Translations under genes and position numbers: made by a program
Notes under the pieces: generated by a model
What the model was told of the DNA's origin: nothing
The model's database searches: none
What the model saw: only the letters and a program-made list of their open reading frames with translations
In this document: positions 40,131 through 49,911 of the stretch, piece by piece
Layout of the letters: each line of letters opens with the position of its first letter
Numbering within the stretch: the first letter of the stretch is position 1
Assembly (NCBI GenBank): GCA_047495785.1
Contig: JBLDXI010000031.1
Location: 744,001-808,000, forward strand
Reading direction: 5' to 3'
Length of the DNA: 64,000 nt
Origin: Lepidodermella squamata
Lineage: Eukaryota; Animalia; Gastrotricha

Positions 40131-40920
40131 ATGAGCGAAGAAGTGGGCATTGTGAATAAAATGGATTGCTTTGTGCGAAAAGCAACGTGTTATCTAACCA
40201 TGCGGTAAGTTGAAACAAACATCGTTCGTCAAGTGATATTTGATTTCTGCTTCTTTTAAAGCCTGAAATTAGAGTTGTCTGCCGAGGAAAGTGACGAAAT
40301 TACTGAAATCTTAAGCATCCTCTCGAACGAATACAACGCTGAAGGGAGTTCTAAAACGCAAAGAAAAAACAGATCAGTAAGTACTATTTCTTTTTTTCCT
40401 CGGATGAAATATTTAATTTGTTTAATTCCTTAAGCCTTCGGCGAAATTCGATTTGCTACAATTTCTTCGAAGCTGCGAGCCACAACGACCGGCCCCTCAA
40501 ACCGGCAGCTGTGAGACATGTTTACCTGATGCCCGTACGGAAGATGCATTAATATCTGATTTGAAAGCCAAATTTGTTAATTTCTTGAATTTTCGTTCGA
40601 AATCACTTTATTCTGCATATGACTTGGGCTTCTCTTTGTTTGTTTATAAATCGAAATTCTTTAAAAAAACTGGTAGCAAAGGCTTTGCAACCATTCTAGC
40701 CAAAACTGTCCTCCATCAGCGCAATGTCTCTAGTAAGTCGTGGATAAACAAATGCCTGCGTTTGTACCAACTCTTTAGAGATTTTCCGCATCTGATGTAT
40801 TTGAATGTCGGTGTCGAAAAAATGCTGAAATTGTCCATTGATATATTTGCTTTGCTGAAATCAAGTGATGATGCTAGACAATGGTACGAGACCCTGTCTC
40901 GTTTTGCTACTGAAATGTGA
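40131..40920 (+). CDS. Three-exon hypothetical protein of about 224 aa (exons 40131-40204, 40262-40376, 40435-40920)
   Basis: Two GTAAGT...AG introns join MSEEVG..TMR-LKLEL..NRS-PSAKFDLLQF into one open frame. Confidence 0.75.
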
Positions 40921-41178
40921 TTTTCGTTTTGCTGTATGGTAACTTATATTTTGATTTCATTATTGTCAAGAAGAGATAATTCGTTGTGCTAGTCTGATCT
41001 TCAAATTGCCGGCATTTGAATTTCAGACTATCCCTCGAAAAGTCTCTGTGACGTAATGAATTGAAATATTTGTCAACATTCGGCCTTTTCGAATTCGTCT
41101 TGCGCTTCGTCAATTGTAACACGTCTGAAGTGTCTTAATGATTGTTAATTTGTCGTCAAACATGGCTCGCTTCGTCAT

Positions 41179-41303
41179 TTTCTCATTCCATATTTCAACT
41201 ACCATAAATGCATGTAACGGGTTTTTCATAGTTCAAACTGCCGGCGTTTGAAAAATGAATCATTCGTCATGCATTTATGGTAGTTGAAATACGGAATGAG
41301 AAA
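41179..41303. repeat. Fold-back palindrome between convergent genes
   Basis: TTTCTCATTCCATATTTCAACTACCATAAATGCATG / CATGCATTTATGGTAGTTGAAATACGGAATGAGAAA (one mismatch), with an inner TTCAAAC/GTTTGAA stem. Confidence 0.85.
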
Positions 41304-41392
41304 GCTGAAGTTGAGAAAGCGTTTTATTACGAATAATACGAAGAATAAAAGTGAATGTAGTAAACATAATAAATAATGAAATGTCTGTGGCG

Positions 41393-44300
41393 TCAATTTA
41401 CATTACTCGTCTTATAATGGCCATGGGCAAGCGTTGCCACGCCATCGGCACATACCCACCGTTTATCATCGTACGGCGTCATTGCCACTTTAGTATTTTG
41501 AATCGACACAACTCGGTGGTTAAAAGAACGAATTTGATTGAACTTCACAGCCAATGGCACCTTTTCTAAAACGCAATTTCTGTAGTCATCTGCTGCTATG
41601 TTGCGCTTGACACAAGTTTTCTTAATGCCTTTAGCTTTCTTCATTTCTTTCATGTCTTCCATGACGATGCAATAGTTTTTAGCCCGGACTCCAATAAATT
41701 CAACAATATTTTTGCCCACGCTTTCATCTTTCATTTTACCAATCACTTTTTTATTTTTATCGGAGTAACAAAAATGATCTTTCGGGTAATCTGAGAAATC
41801 CATTAGGTGGTCATAAGCTTTCAAATCGTGATACACATCTTCCGTTTGGATGTGGTAGCAAAGAGAATCCGTGTCAGTAAACAGAAGTTTTGCATTTGAC
41901 CCATAATGCTTTTTAATAGTATTGTAATGAAAGTCATACATGAGGACTTTTGACAGCTCCAGAACACAGGCGCCGACAATTATTGGCCTATCATAAACGA
42001 TGGATGTCTTTGCCATGTTAACTGAAATTAAATTATCAGAGATAAGTTTAGCGCTTTTGAAATTGGGCTTATTAATCAGCTTTTGTAACTGGTCTTCGCG
42101 CGTTACGAATCTAGCATCCGACCGTTTTCTGAGGTTTTCACATGTTTTGCCAAATATAGCGTTGTTCATTAATTTAAAAAAATCTTTGTCGACTTCAGTT
42201 TTAGCTTGTTTTCGCATTTCAGTGTTGAATTCAATGTAAGGGGCCAGCCATTTGCTCTGTTTGAATTTCAGAACTTTGTGTATCTTACTCAATACCAAGC
42301 CATTTTCCAGGGCTTGTTTGAGGTTTCTATAATGTAAAACATAACTGGTTTTCGGCTTGAGGTTAGAAACTAGTTTGTCAACTTTCCCAGGTTTCGGTAG
42401 CGAGAGTTCGTTGGAAATGTCCTTCATGAATGGGCTTGGTTCACACGTCATTTGTTCAGCACAGAATGGATAATCGTTGTGCAGATCGTGTAGCTGTTCC
42501 GGGTAGTCAAGGTCGACTTCAAAGATGTACCCGTACTTATCATCCTCTAACAGCTCCATGATGACATCGTTATTGAAGTTTTTAACGTCACACCATTGGA
42601 ATTCTCCAATTGGCAGTGCCTGAGACATCGCCCAGCCGTACAGATTGTTTGCGTCGAGGTAGATAATGTATGAGCTTTCTTTGTTCTTCACATATTTCGC
42701 CATGTACTTATTATTTGCTTCCGCATGCCTGTGGACAATGACACTCATACCGCCTCTCAGCCCTCTTTCTATGAACTCCAGCTTTGTTTCATCTTGTAGG
42801 AGCTCAATGCTCACTCCGGTCTTCTTCAGCATTGCATCCCAAGATAAGCCAGGCGCTGTCAAATACCAAGCAGGATCCAGACCGTAATGTCCCTGACAAG
42901 TCGCCCGGAAAGTTTCAAAACAATCAGCAAGCAGCAAAACGTCAGTCTTCAAATAAAGGTGGTGGTAATCCAACATAGTTTTGCAGTCAAATTTGTCCCA
43001 AACCCGCTGTGCATGCTTGTATTCTTCGTCAGAAATCGAAACAGGCTCCATTTTCCCCCCTGCTGTAGCGCTTGAATTTAACGATGATGCAAAAGATTCG
43101 ATAGGTGGTAATTTTTCCTCTAGTAAGCGATCTTTGTTGTCTATATACTCATAGGGATAAACCCCCTTACGCAAAAGCAGGTCAGCTTGCTCCTCATTCA
43201 GCTCTTTGAACTGGCTCCTCAGATGTTTGAATTTCCCACCGGATGCCTTCAGATTTTCCACGCATTGTTCCAAACTGGTGCTCATGAACTGGAAGCTGTC
43301 GATGAATCTCAGCCACCCAACGGTGAAACTGAGATATTTCTCCTCACTATTTACTATTGCTTTTAACCGCATCAAATTAAAATTGTTGGCATCTTTCTTT
43401 AACATTTCATTATATTTGTTTATTTCATCACCAATGGCTTGCATAATAAAATGGCTATCATAGCCCCGCAAGTTATGAAAGACAACTGGGGTATATGTAT
43501 TCTTATAACTGTATTGTAAATTACATCTGCTATGTGCAGCTCCTCGAAATTTACCTGTGAGATGATCATGATCTCTAACTTTCGAATCACCATCATTCCG
43601 ATCAGCTGCGAATGTTCTGTTACAGATGTGGCAAGCCGATGCATTGTCATACTCTTTTTGTTGTTCAGCAGTTAATTTCTCCATTGCGACATTCGTATTA
43701 TTGAGATACTCTCTAATTTTCTTTTGTTGACGAAACAAATACTGCAAAAAACTAGAGGTTGAATCAAAAGTATGATAACTGGAGCGAAATGAGTCAACAG
43801 TACTAAGGAAATAACAACCGTAAGAATTAGCTTCATGCCTTTGGTAAATTTCGGAGTTTTCTCCCTTCTTCTCGCTGGCGTTAAGCAAAGTGCTTTCCGT
43901 ATCACAGTAAAAAATGAACGGAACAGGCAACTGCTTTGCATAGTTTTTGAATAAGCAAAACTTGTTCTCAGGGAAAGCCACCTTCACTTTATCGGAGAGC
44001 ACTACACACTTGTTGTTTTTCAAGTGGTTCTCATGGCTTGTCTGGCTTGAAAAAGGAACCAAACACTTCATACACCAGTAAGTTTGATGCTCGTGCGATC
44101 TAGTGGAAGCTAATAGTCGGCTAACATTCTTCAGCCAGCTAAAATGGGCTGTCCGGCCATCATTTGTTCGAAGTAAATCAATTGTTCTTGGATAATTCTG
44201 TTCTGAGGCATAGAAAGGAATAATGTTGTGCTTGCCATTCTCCTCGTAGTAATCCAGAATATTTAAACATAGCTGATTGTTCTCTTCCAGCTTTGCGATG

Positions 44301-45307
44301 TCTTGTAAATTGACGGGGAAAGAGACGCCATCGCAATTGATCTCACGCTCATACTTTGTGTAATTGGTGATACGATGTGGATTCGCATCAACTGGATGAA
44401 GGCACGCAAGCATACTCCAGATGATACATTTTTCATCCGAATTTTGAACGTTAACAACGGCATTCTTTTTCTTTATGTATTCTGGCGTTGCAATAAAACT
44501 TCCTCCACCCAGTGGCTGGTATTTATAAACCCATAATCTAGCCCCTCGAATATCCTCAACTGTCCACCCACTGCCTCTCGCTTGAAATTCCTCTATACTA
44601 TTCCCGAGCTGTGAAAAGAGTAGATCAGCGCAATCGGAAATTTGATCTGGACGGAGAAGTATTGGAGCTGCAGCTTTGGTTGAACTCCATTTGAAAAATA
44701 CTTTTTGCAGATCATTATTTTCCATTTTGAAATTGATTTCAATGGTCAGCGTCGCTTTGATGGGCCCAAATTTGCCTAATTGAAATGCCAACTCATTTTT
44801 TATTTTATTTTTCATTCTTGAAGTGTAGGAGTGGTAGTCTCTTTCAGTATTGAAATGAATAAATTTGGTTTTTTGGATGACCCTATTGAATCGCCCGGAG
44901 CCTTCTTTTCTTTCGTAACGAACATAATCAGACTTCTCGAGACTGTTTGTCGATTGAATGTGCACATAATCAGAATTGACAAGCCTTTGAAAACTAGGAC
45001 CGCCGATCTTAATATGCTTATAAGTTTCGGGATTTATTACATAACCTTCTCTACTTGGCTTTTTAATGAATTTGCTAGCCTTTAAAACATATCCCTTTTT
45101 CTTCAGTTCTTCGTACTTACCATCGCCTATTATAATATTCCCGCCAGTTAATGGATCAGATGCCCATCCAACAGGAGCTTTCGATGTGTACTTGACAAAC
45201 TGATTGATTCTCTCGTCATAATAATATTCGCCTTTGCTAATCAAACGATTGAATGCTCGAGAATTTATAGACAATTTTCTGCGTGTTTCAGGATTAATGA
45301 CCTTCAT
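41393..45307 (-). CDS. polB: Protein-primed family B DNA polymerase (pPolB), 1304 aa
   Basis: Exonuclease motifs (CDTES, FHNLRGYD, YLKTDV); polymerase motifs YLDANNLYG, KLMNNAIFGK, FTDTDS; inserted CHIC..DHDH..G..RG.AH..CN (endonuclease VII-like) module; C-terminal DDKR..TLAHGH. Confidence 0.97.
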   Translation of the reverse strand: MKVINPETRRKLSINSRAFNRLISKGEYYYDERINQFVKYTSKAPVGWASDPLTGGNIIIGDGKYEELKKKGYVLKASKFIKKPSREGYVINPETYKHIKIGGPSFQRLVNSDYVHIQSTNSLEKSDYVRYERKEGSGRFNRVIQKTKFIHFNTERDYHSYTSRMKNKIKNELAFQLGKFGPIKATLTIEINFKMENNDLQKVFFKWSSTKAAAPILLRPDQISDCADLLFSQLGNSIEEFQARGSGWTVEDIRGARLWVYKYQPLGGGSFIATPEYIKKKNAVVNVQNSDEKCIIWSMLACLHPVDANPHRITNYTKYEREINCDGVSFPVNLQDIAKLEENNQLCLNILDYYEENGKHNIIPFYASEQNYPRTIDLLRTNDGRTAHFSWLKNVSRLLASTRSHEHQTYWCMKCLVPFSSQTSHENHLKNNKCVVLSDKVKVAFPENKFCLFKNYAKQLPVPFIFYCDTESTLLNASEKKGENSEIYQRHEANSYGCYFLSTVDSFRSSYHTFDSTSSFLQYLFRQQKKIREYLNNTNVAMEKLTAEQQKEYDNASACHICNRTFAADRNDGDSKVRDHDHLTGKFRGAAHSRCNLQYSYKNTYTPVVFHNLRGYDSHFIMQAIGDEINKYNEMLKKDANNFNLMRLKAIVNSEEKYLSFTVGWLRFIDSFQFMSTSLEQCVENLKASGGKFKHLRSQFKELNEEQADLLLRKGVYPYEYIDNKDRLLEEKLPPIESFASSLNSSATAGGKMEPVSISDEEYKHAQRVWDKFDCKTMLDYHHLYLKTDVLLLADCFETFRATCQGHYGLDPAWYLTAPGLSWDAMLKKTGVSIELLQDETKLEFIERGLRGGMSVIVHRHAEANNKYMAKYVKNKESSYIIYLDANNLYGWAMSQALPIGEFQWCDVKNFNNDVIMELLEDDKYGYIFEVDLDYPEQLHDLHNDYPFCAEQMTCEPSPFMKDISNELSLPKPGKVDKLVSNLKPKTSYVLHYRNLKQALENGLVLSKIHKVLKFKQSKWLAPYIEFNTEMRKQAKTEVDKDFFKLMNNAIFGKTCENLRKRSDARFVTREDQLQKLINKPNFKSAKLISDNLISVNMAKTSIVYDRPIIVGACVLELSKVLMYDFHYNTIKKHYGSNAKLLFTDTDSLCYHIQTEDVYHDLKAYDHLMDFSDYPKDHFCYSDKNKKVIGKMKDESVGKNIVEFIGVRAKNYCIVMEDMKEMKKAKGIKKTCVKRNIAADDYRNCVLEKVPLAVKFNQIRSFNHRVVSIQNTKVAMTPYDDKRWVCADGVATLAHGHYKTSNVN

Positions 45308-45351
45308 TATTCACCAGAAGTGTTTGTGATTTTTGATACCAGTATATAACC

Positions 45352-45449
45352 TATATATAGAAAATAATTTTTAAGCCATTACCGAGAATTGCCTATAGTA
45401 AATTTTGATCTTTTAAGAAAAACGCCTTAAAAATTATTTTCTATATATA
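45352..45449. promoter_or_regulatory. 24-bp perfect inverted repeat forming a symmetrical divergent promoter
   Basis: TATATATAGAAAATAATTTTTAAG (45352-45375) and CTTAAAAATTATTTTCTATATATA (45426-45449), between the divergent starts of pPolB and ORF 45456. Confidence 0.7.
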
Positions 45450-45455
45450 AATTAT

Positions 45456-45716
45456 ATGAGTTTATATACTGAACCTATCATGACAACTATAAGCATTACA
45501 AACGACTGCTCTCCCACCAAAGAGAAAAGGTCTGTCATCAAAAGTGGCGATGCCAGTTACCCGCGTTGGGTAAAATACGCCACGGAAGAGGAGCGGAAAG
45601 AGGCTAGAAAACTATCGATGAATGCGGCGAAGAAAAGATATGAGGACAAAAAGAAAAGAATCATGCAGGAGTACATGCAGTTAAAAGCCCTTTTAATGAA
45701 TATTTCTGCAAATTAA
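45456..45716 (+). CDS. Small basic helical protein (86 aa)
   Basis: Clean ORF with KYATEEERKEARK..KKRY charged helix, preceded by the TCTA motif 12 nt upstream. Confidence 0.65.
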   Translation: MSLYTEPIMTTISITNDCSPTKEKRSVIKSGDASYPRWVKYATEEERKEARKLSMNAAKKRYEDKKKRIMQEYMQLKALLMNISAN

Positions 45717-45828
45717 TATAAGAATTTATTTCTACCTATGAGATAAGAAGTGTTTGTGATTTTAGCCTTATCATCAGGGCATATGAAAATGTGACGGTTC
45801 CATATGCCTTGCATGCCAATTTAAATCA

Positions 45829-47427
45829 TTAATCAATAACATTTTCTGCATTTTCCCATGTGGGTTTGTCATAACCCGACCATTTTATTAAAACCAACTC
45901 TTTTCCTTTGACTTTCTTCCTATCCATGATTTTCTCAACTCTATACACGTTATCTACCTGCTGTTTCGATTTTTGCATTTCTTGCTCGTAAAAACTACCG
46001 AAAACAGGCTCGCCGTCCATTGCTTCTATCTGGTATGTTCTCGGATATGTGTCATTTATTTTTACAACTCGCAATAGTTCTTCGCTCCATGAAGGGTGAT
46101 ATCCTTTTTCGAATGCGCCTTTTACGCGGCTTATCCTAATCACGTCACCCAGCGCAAATTTCGGCTTTTCCAATTTTTCTTCTCGTTCCGGAGGATTCAG
46201 CCTAGAATGGACTTTGTTGTGGTTTTTGGGATCGCTGGCCTCGATGGGAGTCATTCCTATCGACCGATGCAGAGAATTATTATAATCACTGACCAAGCTA
46301 TCGAGCATGTCAACCCAGTTACGGGTGTTGTCCAGTGTGAACCTTTTCCACATCTTGGTTTTCAAAGTTCGGTTGAACCTTTCTATTATGGGATTGTGAA
46401 AATTCTCATAAGTCGAATACCTGTTAACATTATTAGCTTTTAGCCATTTCGTGAACACAGCATTGTAAAATTCACTGCCTTGATCTACCCAAATATTTTT
46501 GGGCTTCCTGTTGCTTTCTCGGACCACAGACAAAAATGCATCAAAAACATTTTTTGCATCCTTGCTCTTAAGTGCGACAGCCCACGCATATTTGGAAAAG
46601 CAATCTATAATCGTGAGTAAATACTTATGCTGATTATTTTCTTCGGATAAATCGCTCAGAAACACGATATCCATGCCCCAGGTTTCGTCGATGTCGTGAA
46701 TATACACTCGCCTGCGGGGAAAATGCTTCCGGGCCGGTTTGTGAAGTTCCTCGGACAGAACGTGGAATTTGACTTTGCTCAAGCTTTGATCTGCATCCGT
46801 CTCTTTTTTCGACGCTGGGACTGCTTGCGTTGTTTTGGCACTGCTTTCTGCTTTTTTCCTTGATCGTTTTGGTTGCGGAACCTCGCCGATATATTTTGTT
46901 CCAGTATAATCCACAGGTTTCCTTTGCCGCAATTCGTATCCTTCTCCGCGGCACTCGCGTTCATTAGGCGGAAGCTCATGGCCCGTCAGCCCTTGACCGC
47001 CATGGAACTCGCCTTCCCGACTGGAAAGCTCGTATCCTGTAGGCACTCGGACTCCATGGAATCTATCGGCTAAGCCTCCTTCGTGAAAGGTTTTGAATAC
47101 GAATGCAGCCATGGCTCTCTCGTATCCGTTTTTAGAATCGTCGTTGGCTATCTTGAAAGCTTCTTCGGCTAGAAGTCTGTCTGCTCTTGTCCGCATTTCT
47201 CGATCTTTAAATTTCCAATAGTAATAGTCGTGAGTTTTAGCTGCTTTGTCCAAATCATTGATTCCTTCATATCCTTCCTTCATGCGCTGGACGAAATTTG
47301 TACCTGGTCCAGCGTAACTGTATTTCTGCGTGTTGTTGAATGATCCGTTGGGACGATGCTCGCCTTTGAACGGGTAAGAGGGAAGATGCAATTCTACCGG
47401 CAAGTTATTGATAATTCCATCGAACAT
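45829..47427 (-). CDS. PLA2 (parvovirus VP1u-like) - retroviral-type integrase - chromodomain fusion, 532 aa
   Basis: YSYAGPGT..INDLDKAAKTHDYYY (PLA2 Ca-binding loop and HD dyad); DDE core TWGMD / WVDQGSEF / IERFNRTLK; C-terminal YRVEKIMD..IKWSGY..TWE chromodomain. Confidence 0.93.
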   Translation of the reverse strand: MFDGIINNLPVELHLPSYPFKGEHRPNGSFNNTQKYSYAGPGTNFVQRMKEGYEGINDLDKAAKTHDYYYWKFKDREMRTRADRLLAEEAFKIANDDSKNGYERAMAAFVFKTFHEGGLADRFHGVRVPTGYELSSREGEFHGGQGLTGHELPPNERECRGEGYELRQRKPVDYTGTKYIGEVPQPKRSRKKAESSAKTTQAVPASKKETDADQSLSKVKFHVLSEELHKPARKHFPRRRVYIHDIDETWGMDIVFLSDLSEENNQHKYLLTIIDCFSKYAWAVALKSKDAKNVFDAFLSVVRESNRKPKNIWVDQGSEFYNAVFTKWLKANNVNRYSTYENFHNPIIERFNRTLKTKMWKRFTLDNTRNWVDMLDSLVSDYNNSLHRSIGMTPIEASDPKNHNKVHSRLNPPEREEKLEKPKFALGDVIRISRVKGAFEKGYHPSWSEELLRVVKINDTYPRTYQIEAMDGEPVFGSFYEQEMQKSKQQVDNVYRVEKIMDRKKVKGKELVLIKWSGYDKPTWENAENVID

Positions 47428-47448
47428 TTCACAATGCTTATCACAGCA

Positions 47449-47462
47449 TTAGAAATTTCTAA
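47449..47462. promoter_or_regulatory. Palindrome TTAGAAATTTCTAA supplying TCTA to both divergent genes
   Basis: Perfect 14-bp palindrome in the 46-bp gap between the integrase and ATPase start codons. Confidence 0.6.
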
Positions 47463-47473
47463 CCTGAATTAAA

Positions 47474-48196
47474 ATGATCAATTTTGATGAAATAATTCCA
47501 AAGAGCGAGTCTAAGCCACTCAATATTTCCCCTTTTTACCCGCAGCATTGTTTCCGAACAATTATTATCGGTCCAAGTAATAGCGGGAAAACTAATGATT
47601 TGCTCAATATCATCCATCATTCTGTTTTTCATAAGCTGCACATTTACTCTAAAACCTTGGTTGAAGACAAATACCAGTTTTTGATAAATTTGCAGAAAGC
47701 CAAAGAAGCCGAGTTGAAAATGAAAGGGGTAAACGAGTCACTTATCCACTTTTCCACAGATATAGCGGATGTCGTGCCCCTTGATAAGCTTGACAAGAAG
47801 TATCAGCACTTGTATGTCTTTGATGACATTTGTTTGGAAAATGCTAAAAACCAAGAGAAATACATCGGCGATCTCTACATCAGGTCGCGAAAGTACAATT
47901 GCTCCGTGGTTTATTTGAGTCAGTCATATTTCAAAATTCCGAAAATAATTCGCGACAATGCGCAGTTCATTGTTTTGAAAAAGCTGAATGATGGACGCGA
48001 ACTGCAAACAATTCACAGAATTTATGCTGCAGAAATAGAAAAGCCTGGGTTCCTGAAAAAGTATGAATTGAGCGTTTCGTCCAATAATAATCACGGTTCT
48101 TTTATAATAGACAGCGTGATAAAACATAAATCGCTGAAGCTTAGAGCAAATTATACGGGAATTTTTGTCAGCGAATCTGATTCAGCTGGGGCCTGA
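47474..48196 (+). CDS. A32/FtsK-like DNA packaging ATPase
   Basis: Walker A GPSNSGKT, Walker B LYVFDD, RSRKYNCSVVYLSQSYFKIPKIIRDN motif. Confidence 0.95.
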   Translation: MINFDEIIPKSESKPLNISPFYPQHCFRTIIIGPSNSGKTNDLLNIIHHSVFHKLHIYSKTLVEDKYQFLINLQKAKEAELKMKGVNESLIHFSTDIADVVPLDKLDKKYQHLYVFDDICLENAKNQEKYIGDLYIRSRKYNCSVVYLSQSYFKIPKIIRDNAQFIVLKKLNDGRELQTIHRIYAAEIEKPGFLKKYELSVSSNNNHGSFIIDSVIKHKSLKLRANYTGIFVSESDSAGA

Positions 48197-48238
48197 GCGC
48201 GCCCCTGGTAAATTCCCAAACTCGCTCAATATTTCTGA

Positions 48239-48656
48239 GGCCGGATTTATTAACTTACGTCGGAAATAGCAATATTTGCTGTTTTTAGCTGGGTTAAACT
48301 AGAAAGTTTACCGTTAAAATGAGTCTAAACGCATTATTTTCCATGGCCTGATACTCTGTGTTCTGCGTACCGGCCCTAAGGGCCGCTAGCCGGTGGTCGA
48401 ACACCGCCCGATTACCGGTCCGTAGGACCGCTAGTAGCGAGCCAAGAGGCGTAATACCGGCCCTCCGTTCTCAAAAAGTCCTTCAGCCTCGTGTCTTGAA
48501 TCCTTCAACCCTAAACTCATTCGGTAATATTCCGATGGCCGGATTTTATAATTTACACCGGAAATCGCAATATTTGCTGGTTAAAGCTAGGTTAAACTGG
48601 AATGTTTTCCGTTTAAATGAGTCGAAACGGAATTTATCCCATGGCCTGATACTCTT
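48239..48656. repeat. Diverged ~120-bp direct repeats (48239-48357, 48537-48656) enclosing a GC-rich hairpin array (48368-48465)
   Basis: GGCCGGATTT..GCAATATTTGCTG..CCATGGCCTGATACTCT occurs twice; between them CGGCCC-TAA-GGGCCG, CGGTG-GTCGAA-CACCG and CGGTCC-GTA-GGACCG. Confidence 0.85.
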
Positions 48657-48732
48657 ATCTTGAACTCTTCAACAATGAAAGCATTCGGTCAATTCGGTAA
48701 AATCTGATTGAGAAAATCTAGTGGTAAACCAA

Positions 48733-49887
48733 ATGCCGATCAAAGAACTCACGATCCCCGAGCAGATAAAAATTTTGGAGCAATTAGATAGAGAAGAAAA
48801 ACTGTATGATAAAAACCTCGCGCTTGCAAGTCACGATTCTTATGCGCTCAAGCACAAATTTGGGATGGAAACGGAACCCAGCCCGCTGACGGCCATGCAA
48901 ACAGCATTCAACCAACGACCGACCACTGAAGCCATACGTAGTTTGCAAAATTCGATTAAGGAATTAGTTGTAAGAAAGAAACCACTAATAGCTAAACACG
49001 GCATTCCAACTATTTCTGCCTCTGCATCCCCTGTGGCTCTGAAAATTCCTAAACTCGAGTATGAGAGTCCTGAGAAAAGTAGGTTAGCCTCTTCGCGAAA
49101 TTCGCAAGATGATGAGAGTGATCAAGACTCTGACTCGTCGAAGGAAGATGATGCTCAAGATGGGACATTTACCACAGACGAAATGAACACTATCATCCGT
49201 CAGCATAATTTCCCGACAATTGAGCAAATTAAACAAGAGGACATAGAAGAAGCCGTAGTGAGTTTGGCCACATACAACAGACAGGTATTGGGGGCCAGGC
49301 TCTCTAGTCTCACACGAGCGGGGAAAAGAGATTCAGAAGATTATAATAGAATTAAGCGCGACATCGCAGTTCTGAGAAACTATCGCGAAGCATTAAAAAG
49401 CAAACAACTAGGCGACGGTTTCACTAAACCAATCCCAAAAAATCTCCAAAGGTTTGGGCGATTTTATGTACGCAAGGAAGACTTACTCGACGGGTGGCTC
49501 CGCGTCAGAAAAAAGAACCAAAGCAGAGTGTTTGATGAGCAAATTTCCGATGGTGTGAGAAATCTCATTTTGAAGCGATATGAACCGAAAAAGTACAAAT
49601 ACACCCAAGAAGATTTTTCACACTTCCAAGAAATTTGTCGTAGGACCGGATACCAACCGAAACCTCACTCCAACGTAAGATCTGAACTCGCAATTTCTAG
49701 GCAGTCCGGTTCTGCGCTTTTTGTGACCTTACAGGATGCACAAAAGCGTATGCTGCATTGTTTAGGAGAAATTAAAGCAGGTAATAACAATGAAGCAATT
49801 AGAAACGAATTAGTGTCTATAGCGGACTTGTTGCTGAAGCATGGAAAAATAACGAAGGAAGAATACACAACAGTTTGTAGTATATAG
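48733..49887 (+). CDS. Conserved Polinton/adintovirus structural (core) protein, about 384 aa
   Basis: C-terminal LGEIKAGNNN..NEL..I.D.L...GKI motif typical of Maverick conserved ORFs; GxG candidate cleavage site QLGDG-F; ATG at 48733 lies 12 nt after TCTA. Confidence 0.75.
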   Translation: MPIKELTIPEQIKILEQLDREEKLYDKNLALASHDSYALKHKFGMETEPSPLTAMQTAFNQRPTTEAIRSLQNSIKELVVRKKPLIAKHGIPTISASASPVALKIPKLEYESPEKSRLASSRNSQDDESDQDSDSSKEDDAQDGTFTTDEMNTIIRQHNFPTIEQIKQEDIEEAVVSLATYNRQVLGARLSSLTRAGKRDSEDYNRIKRDIAVLRNYREALKSKQLGDGFTKPIPKNLQRFGRFYVRKEDLLDGWLRVRKKNQSRVFDEQISDGVRNLILKRYEPKKYKYTQEDFSHFQEICRRTGYQPKPHSNVRSELAISRQSGSALFVTLQDAQKRMLHCLGEIKAGNNNEAIRNELVSIADLLLKHGKITKEEYTTVCSI

Positions 49888-49911
49888 AGAATTATCTAGC
49901 TTCCAAATAAA

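Noticed and set aside
48358-48663. 101-aa ORF across the hairpin array
   Set aside because: GTG start, runs through repeats, has no TCTA motif; the region is better explained as non-coding structure.
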